This document shows, piece by piece, positions 45,469-54,651 of a stretch of 61,280 nt of DNA. Numbering within the stretch: the first letter of the stretch is position 1; every line of letters starts with the position of its first letter. The DNA comes from an uncultured Chromatiales bacterium (GTDB taxonomy: Bacteria > Pseudomonadota > Gammaproteobacteria > SZUA-140). A program made the translations under genes and the position numbers. A model generated the notes under the pieces. It made no database searches, had not been told where the DNA came from, and saw only the letters and a list, made by a program, of their open reading frames with translations. Location: contig CAZJKV010000001.1 of assembly GCA_964546765.1 (NCBI GenBank), forward strand, positions 1-61,280, written 5' to 3'.

Positions 45469-46194
45469 TTACGGCGCGGCGGATCCGTTTGCCTGCCGGA
45501 GGGTCTCGCGCAGGGTCCCGGCCAGCAGGGAGTAGAGGGCTGTCACGTCGTCGCGGCGGCGGTTCAGCAATCCCTGGTTGAGTTCGAGTTCGATGCCGGC
45601 ATACTGGTCCGGGCGGAAGCGGGTGCGCAGGTAACGGGTCAGACCGTCGCTGACGCCGCGGTAGGGGAAATTCCGTCGCACGAGGAAGGCACTGTCGCGC
45701 GCAAGCGCCCGCTGCCAGGAGCGGCAAAGCCGGAGTTCGAGACGGCGCGCCGGATCGTAGAGCAGGGCGATGTCGGCATTGCGGACGACGCCGTCCAGCA
45801 CTGGCGTGAAACTGTGGAACGCGACATGCAACACACGATTTCCGCAGCCGATGAGTTCGGCAATGCGTGCTTCGACGCGATCGCGATGCGGCAGGTAATG
45901 TCGTCTGAGGATCTTCTGTTTCGCGTCCCGGGGCAACGCGCGCGTGATATCTGAAAAGAGCCGGGGATGGTGCGGCGAGCGATTGAGATCGACCAGCAGG
46001 CGCGTGGTCACGGCGTACAGCAATGGCGCAGCCAGCCTTCGTGCGAGCGCGCGGGCGCAGTCAAGCGCGCCGAGGTCGTAGCCGCTGTGTCCGTTCAGAC
46101 GCGACTGATGGCCGCGAAACAGCGCGCGCCACTCGGTCGGGACTTGATTGCCGCCGTGTTCGCAGCTCAGCAGCAGCGTGAGCGGTGCAGGCAT
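45469..46194 (-). CDS. N-formylglutamate amidohydrolase (FGase) family hydrolase
   Basis: 241 aa. LLLSCEHGGNQVP ..VDLNR.. and HSF motifs are typical of the FGase family. Confidence 0.8.
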   Translation of the reverse strand: MPAPLTLLLSCEHGGNQVPTEWRALFRGHQSRLNGHSGYDLGALDCARALARRLAAPLLYAVTTRLLVDLNRSPHHPRLFSDITRALPRDAKQKILRRHYLPHRDRVEARIAELIGCGNRVLHVAFHSFTPVLDGVVRNADIALLYDPARRLELRLCRSWQRALARDSAFLVRRNFPYRGVSDGLTRYLRTRFRPDQYAGIELELNQGLLNRRRDDVTALYSLLAGTLRETLRQANGSAAP

Positions 46195-46209
46195 TCTTGC
46201 GTCCGGGGG

Positions 46210-47466
46210 TCAGCCTTCGAACGACGTGCCGGCGGCCAGGCAGTCGCACAGCTGCCCGTAGACCTGCATCATGGCGTCGCGCGACGGCGTGGGATCGAGC
46301 GCAGCGGTGATGCGCCGTGCCAGCACGCCGCGCCGGACATAGAGATCGAGGATACGCCGCCTGGCCGCGTCGCCTCCGGCGACGTCCAGGCTCTCGAACA
46401 GGTGTTGCCACAGGTCGCGCGCACGGCACGGGCCGCGCTCCGGAAAGCCGAACACGGCCGGATAGCCCCGCTCCGTGATAATCGTCTCGTCGGCGTCCCG
46501 CTCGCAGTCGAGGAAGACCGCGTGCAAGGCCCGCGTGTCCCAGTCCTTCAGGCGTGCGATGCCGCACCAGGCCTCCTCGCAGAGCGCGCGAACGACCTCG
46601 ACGATCGCTGTCGCGAACGCGAGGTCTGCAGCCGGGCACTCCTGGGTGTCGAGGACGCGGATCTCGATCGCGTTACGGTCGAAGCGCGCGATGGCGCCAC
46701 GCGCATTGACCCATTCATGACGCAGTACGCCCTCGGGGTCATGCGGCGCGAGGTCGTCATAGATGCGCTGCAGCACTTCCCGTTCATAATCCCGGCGTGT
46801 GTAGACCGGTTCCGGGATCACCTGACCGCTCACCGAGGGGATGCGCCGGGAGTTGCCGCGGTAGACCGCAAGCCGGTTGTCGAGCGTGCCGGTCAGCCTG
46901 CCGTCCATGACCGGTGAGCTTGCCGAGAGTGCCGGCAGCAGCGGCAGTACGAAGCGTATCGCCGCGTGCAGGCGCGCGAATTCCGCATCGTCGGCAAACG
47001 GCAGGTTGATATGCATGCTCTGCAGGTTGGACCAGCCATGGCCCCGGCAATCGAAGATACTGTTGAAGGCCTCATAGACCGGATTGTATTCGTGGGGCCA
47101 CAGTCGGGTTTCGGTATGCGGGTCCATCCATGGGTGCATAGCGGTCGGCATCAGCCGCCCACCCTCCTCCTCGAGCAAGGTGTTAATGCGCGCGACATCA
47201 CGCTGGAAACAGTCATCGAGGCCGTCGAGAGATTTTGCAGGGCCGTTGGTCTTGAGCTCGATGACGTGCAGCGCAAGTTCATTCGACCAGGCGAGCGCGC
47301 CGGTCTCGATTTCGTTGACATAATCACCTGCCACCGATTTCAGTATGCGATCAGTCACCGGCAGAACCGACAATGATTCGCGTCCGACGATCATGTATTC
47401 AATCTCGATGCCGCAGACCTCGAACAGATGCCACACCGGGGCATCTTCAGCGCGGTCGTCTGTCAC
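46210..47466 (-). CDS. GCS2-family carboxylate-amine ligase (glutamate-cysteine ligase family 2-like)
   Basis: 418 aa. EVCGIEIEYMIV ... HVIELKTNGP ... SMHINLPF resemble YbdK/GCS2 motifs. It has a 20-nt overlap with the upstream gene end. Confidence 0.75.
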   Translation of the reverse strand: MTDDRAEDAPVWHLFEVCGIEIEYMIVGRESLSVLPVTDRILKSVAGDYVNEIETGALAWSNELALHVIELKTNGPAKSLDGLDDCFQRDVARINTLLEEEGGRLMPTAMHPWMDPHTETRLWPHEYNPVYEAFNSIFDCRGHGWSNLQSMHINLPFADDAEFARLHAAIRFVLPLLPALSASSPVMDGRLTGTLDNRLAVYRGNSRRIPSVSGQVIPEPVYTRRDYEREVLQRIYDDLAPHDPEGVLRHEWVNARGAIARFDRNAIEIRVLDTQECPAADLAFATAIVEVVRALCEEAWCGIARLKDWDTRALHAVFLDCERDADETIITERGYPAVFGFPERGPCRARDLWQHLFESLDVAGGDAARRRILDLYVRRGVLARRITAALDPTPSRDAMMQVYGQLCDCLAAGTSFEG

Positions 47467-48928
47467 CCTTGCGCTCCTCGATGCGGCTCAGGAATCCTTC
47501 CATGATTGTCGCGTACAGCGCATTCTTCAGTACGCCGTCCTCCGTTCCGGAGTCGATGTTCGGATTGTCGTTGATCTCGATCACGTAGGCCTTGTTATCG
47601 AGTTCCTTGACATCGACGCCGTACAGGCCGTCTCCGATAAGATTGGCAGCCCTGACCGCGGTCGTGACGACATGGGGCGGCGCCTCGCCGATCGCCACAG
47701 CCTCCGCGCGACCTTCGCGGGCCTTGCCGCTTTGATCGCGCTGGACGATCTGCCAGTGCCTGCCGACCATGTAATACTTGCAGGCATAGAGCGGCGTGCG
47801 GTTGAAGACGCCGATACGCCAGTCGAAGGCGGTCGGCATGAAGGCCTGAGCGATGATCAGGTCGGATTTCTCAAGCAGCCGCGACGCGGCTGTGATGAAT
47901 TGCGCCCGGTCTGCGACCTTGACGACGCCCTGGGAGAAGGCGCTGTCCGGCTGCTTCAGGATACAGGGCAGGGTAATCTTCGCGGACTGCGCCTGCATGT
48001 TGCCGCGCGTGATGATCGTGGTCTGCGGCGTCGGGATGCGATGACGAGCGAGCAGTTCGGCCAGGTAGACCTTGTTGGTGCATTTCAGTATCGAATCGGG
48101 GTCGTCGATGACGACCAGTCCCTCGATCTTGGCTCTGCGCGCGAACCGGTAGGTGTGATGATTGACGCCGGTAGTTTCCCGTATGAATAGTGCGTCGAAC
48201 TCGGCGATCCGGCCATAGTCGTTCTTGCCGATCATCTCGACATAGAAATCGAGTTGCTGCGCCGCACGGACGAACTTTCGCAGCGCCTTGACATCGGACG
48301 GTGGCTGGTCTTCGGCAGGATTATGCAGAATCGCAAGATCGTAGCGTTCGGTCTGACGCGACTGACGCGGTGAACGCTTGCCGGTGAAGTATTCGTTTGC
48401 CGCCTCGATGACGAATGATTTGTGATCGTCCGGGATATCATTGGTTGCGATCGGTCCGATGCTCTGAAACTGCCAGCTGCGATTGTGGATGAAGCGGGCG
48501 CGCAGCAGCGGGGCCGGAAACAGGTTGAACAGGCTCAGGCTCAGCCGGTCGTGGCGTTTGGCCAGATTTCTGCCGAAGTATATGCTGAGCACGAATTCCT
48601 CCGACTTGATCGGAGCCAGACTTTTCTGGATCAGTTCAAAGAGGTCATCGGACACGAATCTCGTGATGGTCTGCGACTTCATGTCCTGTATCGTGTTGAC
48701 GCTCGGCAGAGGCTTGTGTCCGCGCGCTTCAGCCAGCAGCGAGACGTAGTAACCATAGCTCTGGTAACGGTACGACCGCGACAGGTTGAATACCTTGGTT
48801 CCGCGCATGTCGCTGAAGCGTGGATCGGAGAGGTAGGACCTGGCGGCGACGACCTCCGCGCCGTGTGTCTGGAGCGGCCAGTCCTCCGGATTATTGACGA
48901 CGATCAGGATCGACATGGCGCCTGGCAA
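47447..48928 (-). CDS. RimK-type ATP-grasp ligase with an N-terminal RLAN-like domain
   Basis: 493 aa. The N-terminal ~200 aa (ILIVVNNPEDWPL..YRYQSYGYYVSLLAEARGH) are followed by a RimK-like ATP-grasp (ILKQPDSAFSQGV, GVDVKELDNKAYVIEINDNPNI). Confidence 0.85.
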   Translation of the reverse strand: MPGAMSILIVVNNPEDWPLQTHGAEVVAARSYLSDPRFSDMRGTKVFNLSRSYRYQSYGYYVSLLAEARGHKPLPSVNTIQDMKSQTITRFVSDDLFELIQKSLAPIKSEEFVLSIYFGRNLAKRHDRLSLSLFNLFPAPLLRARFIHNRSWQFQSIGPIATNDIPDDHKSFVIEAANEYFTGKRSPRQSRQTERYDLAILHNPAEDQPPSDVKALRKFVRAAQQLDFYVEMIGKNDYGRIAEFDALFIRETTGVNHHTYRFARRAKIEGLVVIDDPDSILKCTNKVYLAELLARHRIPTPQTTIITRGNMQAQSAKITLPCILKQPDSAFSQGVVKVADRAQFITAASRLLEKSDLIIAQAFMPTAFDWRIGVFNRTPLYACKYYMVGRHWQIVQRDQSGKAREGRAEAVAIGEAPPHVVTTAVRAANLIGDGLYGVDVKELDNKAYVIEINDNPNIDSGTEDGVLKNALYATIMEGFLSRIEERKGDRRPR

Positions 48929-49637
48929 CCGGTTTTTTTGCGGGTTCTATGATCAGGAGATTCGCGTCATGCGTCAGTATCCCGAGGAAGATCGAGCCCA
49001 GTACCCGGTCGATACTGGTTTCGTAATGCCTGCCCTTTGCCATCGGATTGGGGTCCAGTGGATCGATGACCAGTACCGCACGTGACTGGGGTTCGTAGCC
49101 GCCCAGGATCACGAAATGTCCGCTCGGTTTGCCGCGGATGTCGTCATAGACTGAGTCAGGTCCGAACTCGCGCGGGGTGTGATACAGGTAGGTCGCGCTG
49201 AGTCCAGTCAGTATCGGCGTCCCGCGCTTGAGATAATGGCGGATCAGCCCGGCCGTGAGCTCCTCGTACTCCAGTTCGCCGCCGAGTTCGAGAAAATTGA
49301 TATATCCGCGGGTAGCGAGCGTGACCGAGGTCTTCTTCCGAAATTTCATCTGGCGCTTCAGGCGCTCCCTGAGGTTGGTAACACCGGCTTCGAACCAGGA
49401 CGGATCGAACATCTGCAGGTTATAGGTATAGATCCTCGCGCGGTAGCCGCGTCGCAGTGCATGGCAGGCCAGGAATACGGCGAGCGTACCGCCATGATCC
49501 AGTCTCTGGATCTCCTCGATGATCTGTTCCAGCGGCAATTCGTCGTTGTAGTAGCGGTACATCGCATGGAGACAGGTCGGGCCGCAGGTCGCTTCGTCCG
49601 GCTGCGGGAGAATGTCGATGGCCATCCGGTTTTCCAT
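48891..49637 (-). CDS. Papain-fold (C39-like) cysteine peptidase homologue
   Basis: 248 aa. N-terminal QPDEATCGPTCLHAMYRYY has a Cys in a C39-like context, followed by GHFVILGGY (a His motif). The family call is by motif only. Confidence 0.6.
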   Translation of the reverse strand: MENRMAIDILPQPDEATCGPTCLHAMYRYYNDELPLEQIIEEIQRLDHGGTLAVFLACHALRRGYRARIYTYNLQMFDPSWFEAGVTNLRERLKRQMKFRKKTSVTLATRGYINFLELGGELEYEELTAGLIRHYLKRGTPILTGLSATYLYHTPREFGPDSVYDDIRGKPSGHFVILGGYEPQSRAVLVIDPLDPNPMAKGRHYETSIDRVLGSIFLGILTHDANLLIIEPAKKPVARRHVDPDRRQ

Positions 49638-49682
49638 TATGCGCTCAACGCCTTTCCTGCCCCAGATTTTGTCGGGTGCACT

Positions 49683-50873
49683 TTATATCAGTTTTTGCAG
49701 CTTGCCGAGATTTATTCTCAGCAGCTGCCGCTGCCGGGTCCAGGGGTCATCCCATGCGAGCCGCGCGCGCATCAGTCCGCGGCACAGGCGCAAAAGGCCT
49801 GTGACGTCGTCCAGGCTGACGAACTCGGGCGCCGGCCCGCCGGGGGCGCGGCAATCGGGGCCGCCCTCAAAGCCCTGGTTGTGATAGTTGCCGAGCGGCA
49901 CCGACACCCCGATCGCCGGTACGCCCCATGCGGTCATCGCGGTGGCCTCGCAGGAGCCGGCGTCCATGATGCGGCGCTGATGGGCGCCGGGCAGCACCCG
50001 CGCCGCGAGGTCGGTGAGCACCTTGAGCGCGCCGGGATCGAATACCGTGCGCCGGTCACCCAGACGCACCACCGGACCTTTGCCGATCAGCGCGCCGGGC
50101 AGCGTACGTGAGGCCTCGAGGCTGACGGCGACGACCGGGCGCCGGCGCTGCTGCAGCCACCCGGTTTCGAGGTGGGCGACCGCGCCGACGAAGCCGACTT
50201 CCTCGGCGCGGGTCAACAGGCCGATGAAGGGTCGGTCAACGGAGGTAGCGGAATGCCATAACCGGCGCGCCGTTTCGAGTATCGCGAACACCCCGACGAG
50301 ATCGTCGGCAGCCGGGCAGAATATCCGCTCGCGATGACACCAGGCCGGGGCGCGAAATTCAAAGCCGCCGAACAGCGCACGCGCGGCGGGACGCCTGCGT
50401 CCCTCGAACGAGCGCGCCGGCAACCGGAGCTCCGCGGACTCCATGGCCCATCCGGCTTCATTGACGCGGACCTTCATAAGTTTACCGCTGCCGACGACGC
50501 CACTGTCATCGACGAGGCGCATTCGCGCGCCGGCGAGATGCCGAACGGGCGATCCGCCGTACCAACGTATCTTCAGGCGGCCGTTGTCCAGCCACCGCTC
50601 GCCGTGATAGCCGGGATGATCCATGTGGGCGATGAACAGACGCAGCGGGTCCCGGGAGCGCCGGCGAAGCAGTCGCAGATACTCGGATTCCGATGCGGCG
50701 CCGACAACAATGTTGCCGGCAGGGTCGGCGAAGTGTGGTATGCGGTCATGCGCAAGTCGAGCGCAAACCCAGCGTATCACATGGCGCTCGCGAAACGGCG
50801 CCGTCGGCAGGGACAGCAGTTCGAGCAGAGCGGCGGGTCGAGTCGCGTTCAGCGAATTATCTGCCAAGTCCAA
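49683..50873 (-). CDS. M42/M28-like metallopeptidase homologue
   Basis: 396 aa. Candidate metal ligands lie in the order seen in M42 enzymes: FIAHMDHPGY, PAADDLVG, TRAEEVGFVGA. Divergent, and no HMM was run. Confidence 0.55.
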   Translation of the reverse strand: MDLADNSLNATRPAALLELLSLPTAPFRERHVIRWVCARLAHDRIPHFADPAGNIVVGAASESEYLRLLRRRSRDPLRLFIAHMDHPGYHGERWLDNGRLKIRWYGGSPVRHLAGARMRLVDDSGVVGSGKLMKVRVNEAGWAMESAELRLPARSFEGRRRPAARALFGGFEFRAPAWCHRERIFCPAADDLVGVFAILETARRLWHSATSVDRPFIGLLTRAEEVGFVGAVAHLETGWLQQRRRPVVAVSLEASRTLPGALIGKGPVVRLGDRRTVFDPGALKVLTDLAARVLPGAHQRRIMDAGSCEATAMTAWGVPAIGVSVPLGNYHNQGFEGGPDCRAPGGPAPEFVSLDDVTGLLRLCRGLMRARLAWDDPWTRQRQLLRINLGKLQKLI

Positions 50874-51039
50874 GGCTGGATCGAAACATGAAGTAATAAA
50901 AGTACAGCGCTACGGCAATCACGATAGTTGCTGTAAGCAATATCACGCCAATGCGTCCACCGCCACGCATTCTGTCACCCGGATGTGGCGTGCGCGATGC
51001 TTGCCGCACAGTTGTTATTCCAGTGTTCCGCGTATCCAT
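50857..51039 (-). CDS. Possible small membrane protein (60 aa, or 37 aa from an internal Met)
   Basis: It has one clear TM segment (IGVILLTATIVIAVALYFYYFMF) and overlaps the next gene start by 17 nt. It lies in an AT-richer divergent control region and has atypical codon usage, so it may be spurious. Confidence 0.25.
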   Translation of the reverse strand: MDTRNTGITTVRQASRTPHPGDRMRGGGRIGVILLTATIVIAVALYFYYFMFRSSLGLGR

Positions 51040-51120
51040 CGAGACGTCCTGGAGACTGTATATAGCGTTTTTACAGGGTTTTTTCCCGACCTCGCGGCAT
51101 TATAGTATAATAATCCGCTT

Positions 51121-52887
51121 ATGTGCGGATTATGCGGAGAGATCCGCTTCGATCACAAGGATCCGTCGCTGGAAGCGATCGGGCGCATGAGCGATTCACT
51201 CGGACCCAGGGGTCCGGACGGCTCGGGGGTATTTCGTGCCGGTCCGCTCGCCGTCGGTCACCGCCGACTGAGGATCATCGACCTCAGCGAACACGCGCAA
51301 CAGCCGATGGTCGACAGCCACCTCGGCCTCGGCATTGTCTACAACGGCGCGATCTACAATTATCCGGAACTGAGACGCGATCTCGTCGCGCTCGGTCACC
51401 GGTTCTTTTCAAACGGCGACACCGAAGTCATCCTCAAGGCCTGGGTGGAGTGGGGCGCCGACAGTGTCAAGCGCTTCCACGGCATGTTTGCATTCGCGCT
51501 TTGGGAACGCGACAGCGGGCGGCTGGTACTCGCGCGCGACCGGCTCGGCATCAAGCCGCTCTATCTCGCCGAACTGGACGGCGGCCTGCGCTTCTCGTCG
51601 AGCCTGCCGTCGCTGCTCGCGGCGGGTGGCGTGGACACCGACATCGACCCGGTAGCCCTGCACCATTATATGACCTTCCATTCGGTCGTTCCTGCGCCGC
51701 ACACGCTGCTGAAGGGCGTGCGCAAACTGCCGCCGGCGACCCTGACGGTCATCGAGCCCGACGGTCGCCGCAGCGAACGCGTCTATTGGCACCTCGACTA
51801 CGATCGGGACGACGGTGAGCGCAGTTTCGAGGATTGGCGCGACGGCCTCGGGATTGCGCTGAAACGCGCAGTCAAACGGCGCCTCGTTGCCGATGTTCCG
51901 GTCGGCGTGCTGCTGTCGGGCGGTCTCGATTCGAGTCTGATTGTCGGCCTGCTGTCCGAGGAAGGACAGCACGGTATCAATACCTTCTCTGTGGGATTCG
52001 AGCACTTAGAGGATGAAGAGGGCGACGAGTTTCGTTATTCCGATATCATCGCCGGGACCTACGAGACCGATCACCACAGGATTTTCGTCGATACCGGCGA
52101 GCTGCTCGAGCATCTGGAACCGTGCATAGCAGCGATGTCCGAGCCGATGGTCAGCCATGACGTCATCGGGTTTTACCTGCTGTCGCGCAAGGTTTCTGAA
52201 CATGTCAAGGTCGTGCAGAGCGGTCAGGGCGCTGACGAGGTGCTCGGCGGCTATCACTGGTATCCGCCGATGCTCGAGAGTCGCGAACCGGTCGGCGACT
52301 ATGCCCGCGTATTCTTCGACCGCGACCACGCCGAATATCGCGAGGCCGTCGACCGGCGTTTTCACGGGGACGATTACAGCCTGCGTCTGGTCAAATCGCA
52401 CTTTGCACAGGCCGGAGCGAGCCGTGCGATCGATCGCGCGCTGCGACTCGATACCACGATCATGCTGGTCGACGACCCGGTGAAAAGACTCGACAATATG
52501 ACCATGGCCTGGGGGCTGGAGGCCCGGGTGCCGTTTCTCGACCACGAGTTGGTCGAGTATGCCGCGCGCATGCCGGCCGAGCACAAGGTTGCGCAGGGCG
52601 GCAAGCATGTTCTCAAGGAGCTCGCCCGCAGACATATCCCCGCCGCGGTGATCGACCGTCCCAAGGGTTATTTTCCGGTGCCGCAGCTCAAGTACATGCA
52701 GGGTCCGTACCTAGATCTCGCTCACGACGTGCTGTCGGATTCGCGCGCACATGCACGCAAACTGTTCCGGCCTGAATATTTGAAGCGCATGCTCGACGAT
52801 CCCGCGGGACGGATCACGCCGTTGCGGGGATCGAAGTTGTGGCAGATCGTGCTACTCGAATACTGGCTGCAGGTGCAGGGGGTATGA
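51121..52887 (+). CDS. asnO: N-acetylglutaminylglutamine amidotransferase (asparagine synthase-like, glutamine-hydrolysing)
   Basis: 588 aa. MCGLCGE Ntn-Cys start and the SGGLDSS PP-loop. It is followed by ngg and an M42 gene, the canonical NAGGN gene order. Confidence 0.9.
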   Translation: MCGLCGEIRFDHKDPSLEAIGRMSDSLGPRGPDGSGVFRAGPLAVGHRRLRIIDLSEHAQQPMVDSHLGLGIVYNGAIYNYPELRRDLVALGHRFFSNGDTEVILKAWVEWGADSVKRFHGMFAFALWERDSGRLVLARDRLGIKPLYLAELDGGLRFSSSLPSLLAAGGVDTDIDPVALHHYMTFHSVVPAPHTLLKGVRKLPPATLTVIEPDGRRSERVYWHLDYDRDDGERSFEDWRDGLGIALKRAVKRRLVADVPVGVLLSGGLDSSLIVGLLSEEGQHGINTFSVGFEHLEDEEGDEFRYSDIIAGTYETDHHRIFVDTGELLEHLEPCIAAMSEPMVSHDVIGFYLLSRKVSEHVKVVQSGQGADEVLGGYHWYPPMLESREPVGDYARVFFDRDHAEYREAVDRRFHGDDYSLRLVKSHFAQAGASRAIDRALRLDTTIMLVDDPVKRLDNMTMAWGLEARVPFLDHELVEYAARMPAEHKVAQGGKHVLKELARRHIPAAVIDRPKGYFPVPQLKYMQGPYLDLAHDVLSDSRAHARKLFRPEYLKRMLDDPAGRITPLRGSKLWQIVLLEYWLQVQGV

Positions 52888-52894
52888 TGCCGCC

Positions 52895-54637
52895 ATGACC
52901 GGGAGCCATCGAATACGCAACCGCCTCGAGCGCGCGCAGTCGCCGTCGCTGCGGCCCTGGGACAGCTCGCAGGGCAGGCACGCGCGTCGCATCAAGGGCT
53001 GTAACGCCGTGGTCGACTGCGGCTGGGGGCGATTGATCTTCGGCCAGACCTTCGACGACGATCGCACGCTCGCCGATGTCATCAAGCAGGAAAGCCCTGG
53101 AAAGCGCGACATCGCGATGTATCTTCGCAACCCCCATGTCGTGATATCGCAATCTCCGCAAAGCGTGTTTCTGGATCCTTCCCATACCTATCGGCTGTGG
53201 CTAGACCGCTACCGCTCGCCGCACCTTCGCCCGAGAGGCTTTATCGTCCGCCTGCTGAACAGTCGTCAAGACGCGCGCGCCGTGAACGAACTATACCGGC
53301 GTCTGCACCTGGTGCCGCCGGGTGAGAAATTCGTATGGCGCCAGCGCACCTCGCGCGTGCTGACCTACCTCGTCGCAGCGGATGCCGCCGGCGGCGTTGT
53401 CGGCGTCGTTTCCGGCGTCGACCATCACGAGGCCTTCGATGACCCCGACAACGGCTCCAGCCTGTGGGCGCTCGCTATCGACCTGCAGGCCGATGTCCCC
53501 GGCATCGGCGAGGCCCTGGTGCGCCAGCTCGCGGAATATTACCTGACGCGCGGCCGCAGTTTCATGGACCTTTCCGTGATGCATGACAACGAGGCCGCCA
53601 TTGCGCTCTACGACAAGCTCGGGTTCGTGCGCGTTCCGGTTTTCTCCCTGAAATGCAAGAACACCTACAACGAGCCTCTCTATACCGAATCGGCTTCCGG
53701 GGACAGGCTCAATGCCTACGCCGAGATCATCGTCAACGAGGCGCGCCGGCGGGGTATCGCGGTTGAGGTGCTCGACGAGGATAACAGCTACTTTGCACTG
53801 ACCTGCGGCGGCCGCACCGTCGTATGCCGCGAGTCCCTCAGCGAGATGACGACAGCGATCGCGATGAGCCGCTGTCAGGACAAGTCGGTGACCCACCGCC
53901 TGCTTACCGCTGCCGGGCTGCGCGTACCGGCGCAGGTGCGAAGCGATCGCGAGGATGACGGCCTGGACTTCCTGTCACGCCACGGTCGAATCGTCGTCAA
54001 GCCCTCATTCGGAGAGCAGGGGGCAGGCATCAGCGTCGACGTGCGCACGCCGGATGGTCTGCGCGAGGCCTGGCGGATCGCTGCAAACTCCGGCGGCGGA
54101 CGGGTACTGCTGGAGGAGTACGTGGAGGGTATGGACCTGCGCATAGTGGTCATCAATTCCGAAGTCGTTGCCGCAGCGTTGCGTCATCCGGCAAGAGTGA
54201 CAGGCACGGGACGGCACAAGATCCGGTCGCTGATAGAAAAGCAGAGCCGGCGCCGCTCGGTCGCGACCAAGGGGGAGAGCCGGATCCCGCTGGACGGCGA
54301 GACCCTGCGCTGCGTCAGGGATGCCGGTCATGAACTCGACGATGTCCTGTCGCGCGGCGAGGAACTGCTCGTGCGGAAGACCGCGAACCTGCATACCGGG
54401 GGCACCCTCGAGGATGTCACCGACCGTCTTGCACCGGTTCTGGGAGAGGTTGCCGTTCATGCAGCGCGGACCCTGGACATCCCGGTCGTCGGACTCGATC
54501 TGCTCGTGCCGTCGGTCGAGGGCGGGGAGTATGTCATCGTCGAGGCAAACGAGCGGCCTGGACTCGCCAATCATGAACCCCAGCCGACCGCCGGGCGTTT
54601 CATCGACCTGCTGTTTCCGCACACGGCCACGGTCTGA
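52895..54637 (+). CDS. ngg: N-acetylglutaminylglutamine synthetase (GNAT plus ATP-grasp bifunctional)
   Basis: 580 aa. An N-terminal GNAT-like region (..IALYDKLGFVRV..) is followed by an ATP-grasp (VVKPSFGEQGAGISV, VIVEANERPGL). Confidence 0.9.
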   Translation: MTGSHRIRNRLERAQSPSLRPWDSSQGRHARRIKGCNAVVDCGWGRLIFGQTFDDDRTLADVIKQESPGKRDIAMYLRNPHVVISQSPQSVFLDPSHTYRLWLDRYRSPHLRPRGFIVRLLNSRQDARAVNELYRRLHLVPPGEKFVWRQRTSRVLTYLVAADAAGGVVGVVSGVDHHEAFDDPDNGSSLWALAIDLQADVPGIGEALVRQLAEYYLTRGRSFMDLSVMHDNEAAIALYDKLGFVRVPVFSLKCKNTYNEPLYTESASGDRLNAYAEIIVNEARRRGIAVEVLDEDNSYFALTCGGRTVVCRESLSEMTTAIAMSRCQDKSVTHRLLTAAGLRVPAQVRSDREDDGLDFLSRHGRIVVKPSFGEQGAGISVDVRTPDGLREAWRIAANSGGGRVLLEEYVEGMDLRIVVINSEVVAAALRHPARVTGTGRHKIRSLIEKQSRRRSVATKGESRIPLDGETLRCVRDAGHELDDVLSRGEELLVRKTANLHTGGTLEDVTDRLAPVLGEVAVHAARTLDIPVVGLDLLVPSVEGGEYVIVEANERPGLANHEPQPTAGRFIDLLFPHTATV

Positions 54638-54651
54638 TAAGCTCAGTCATC

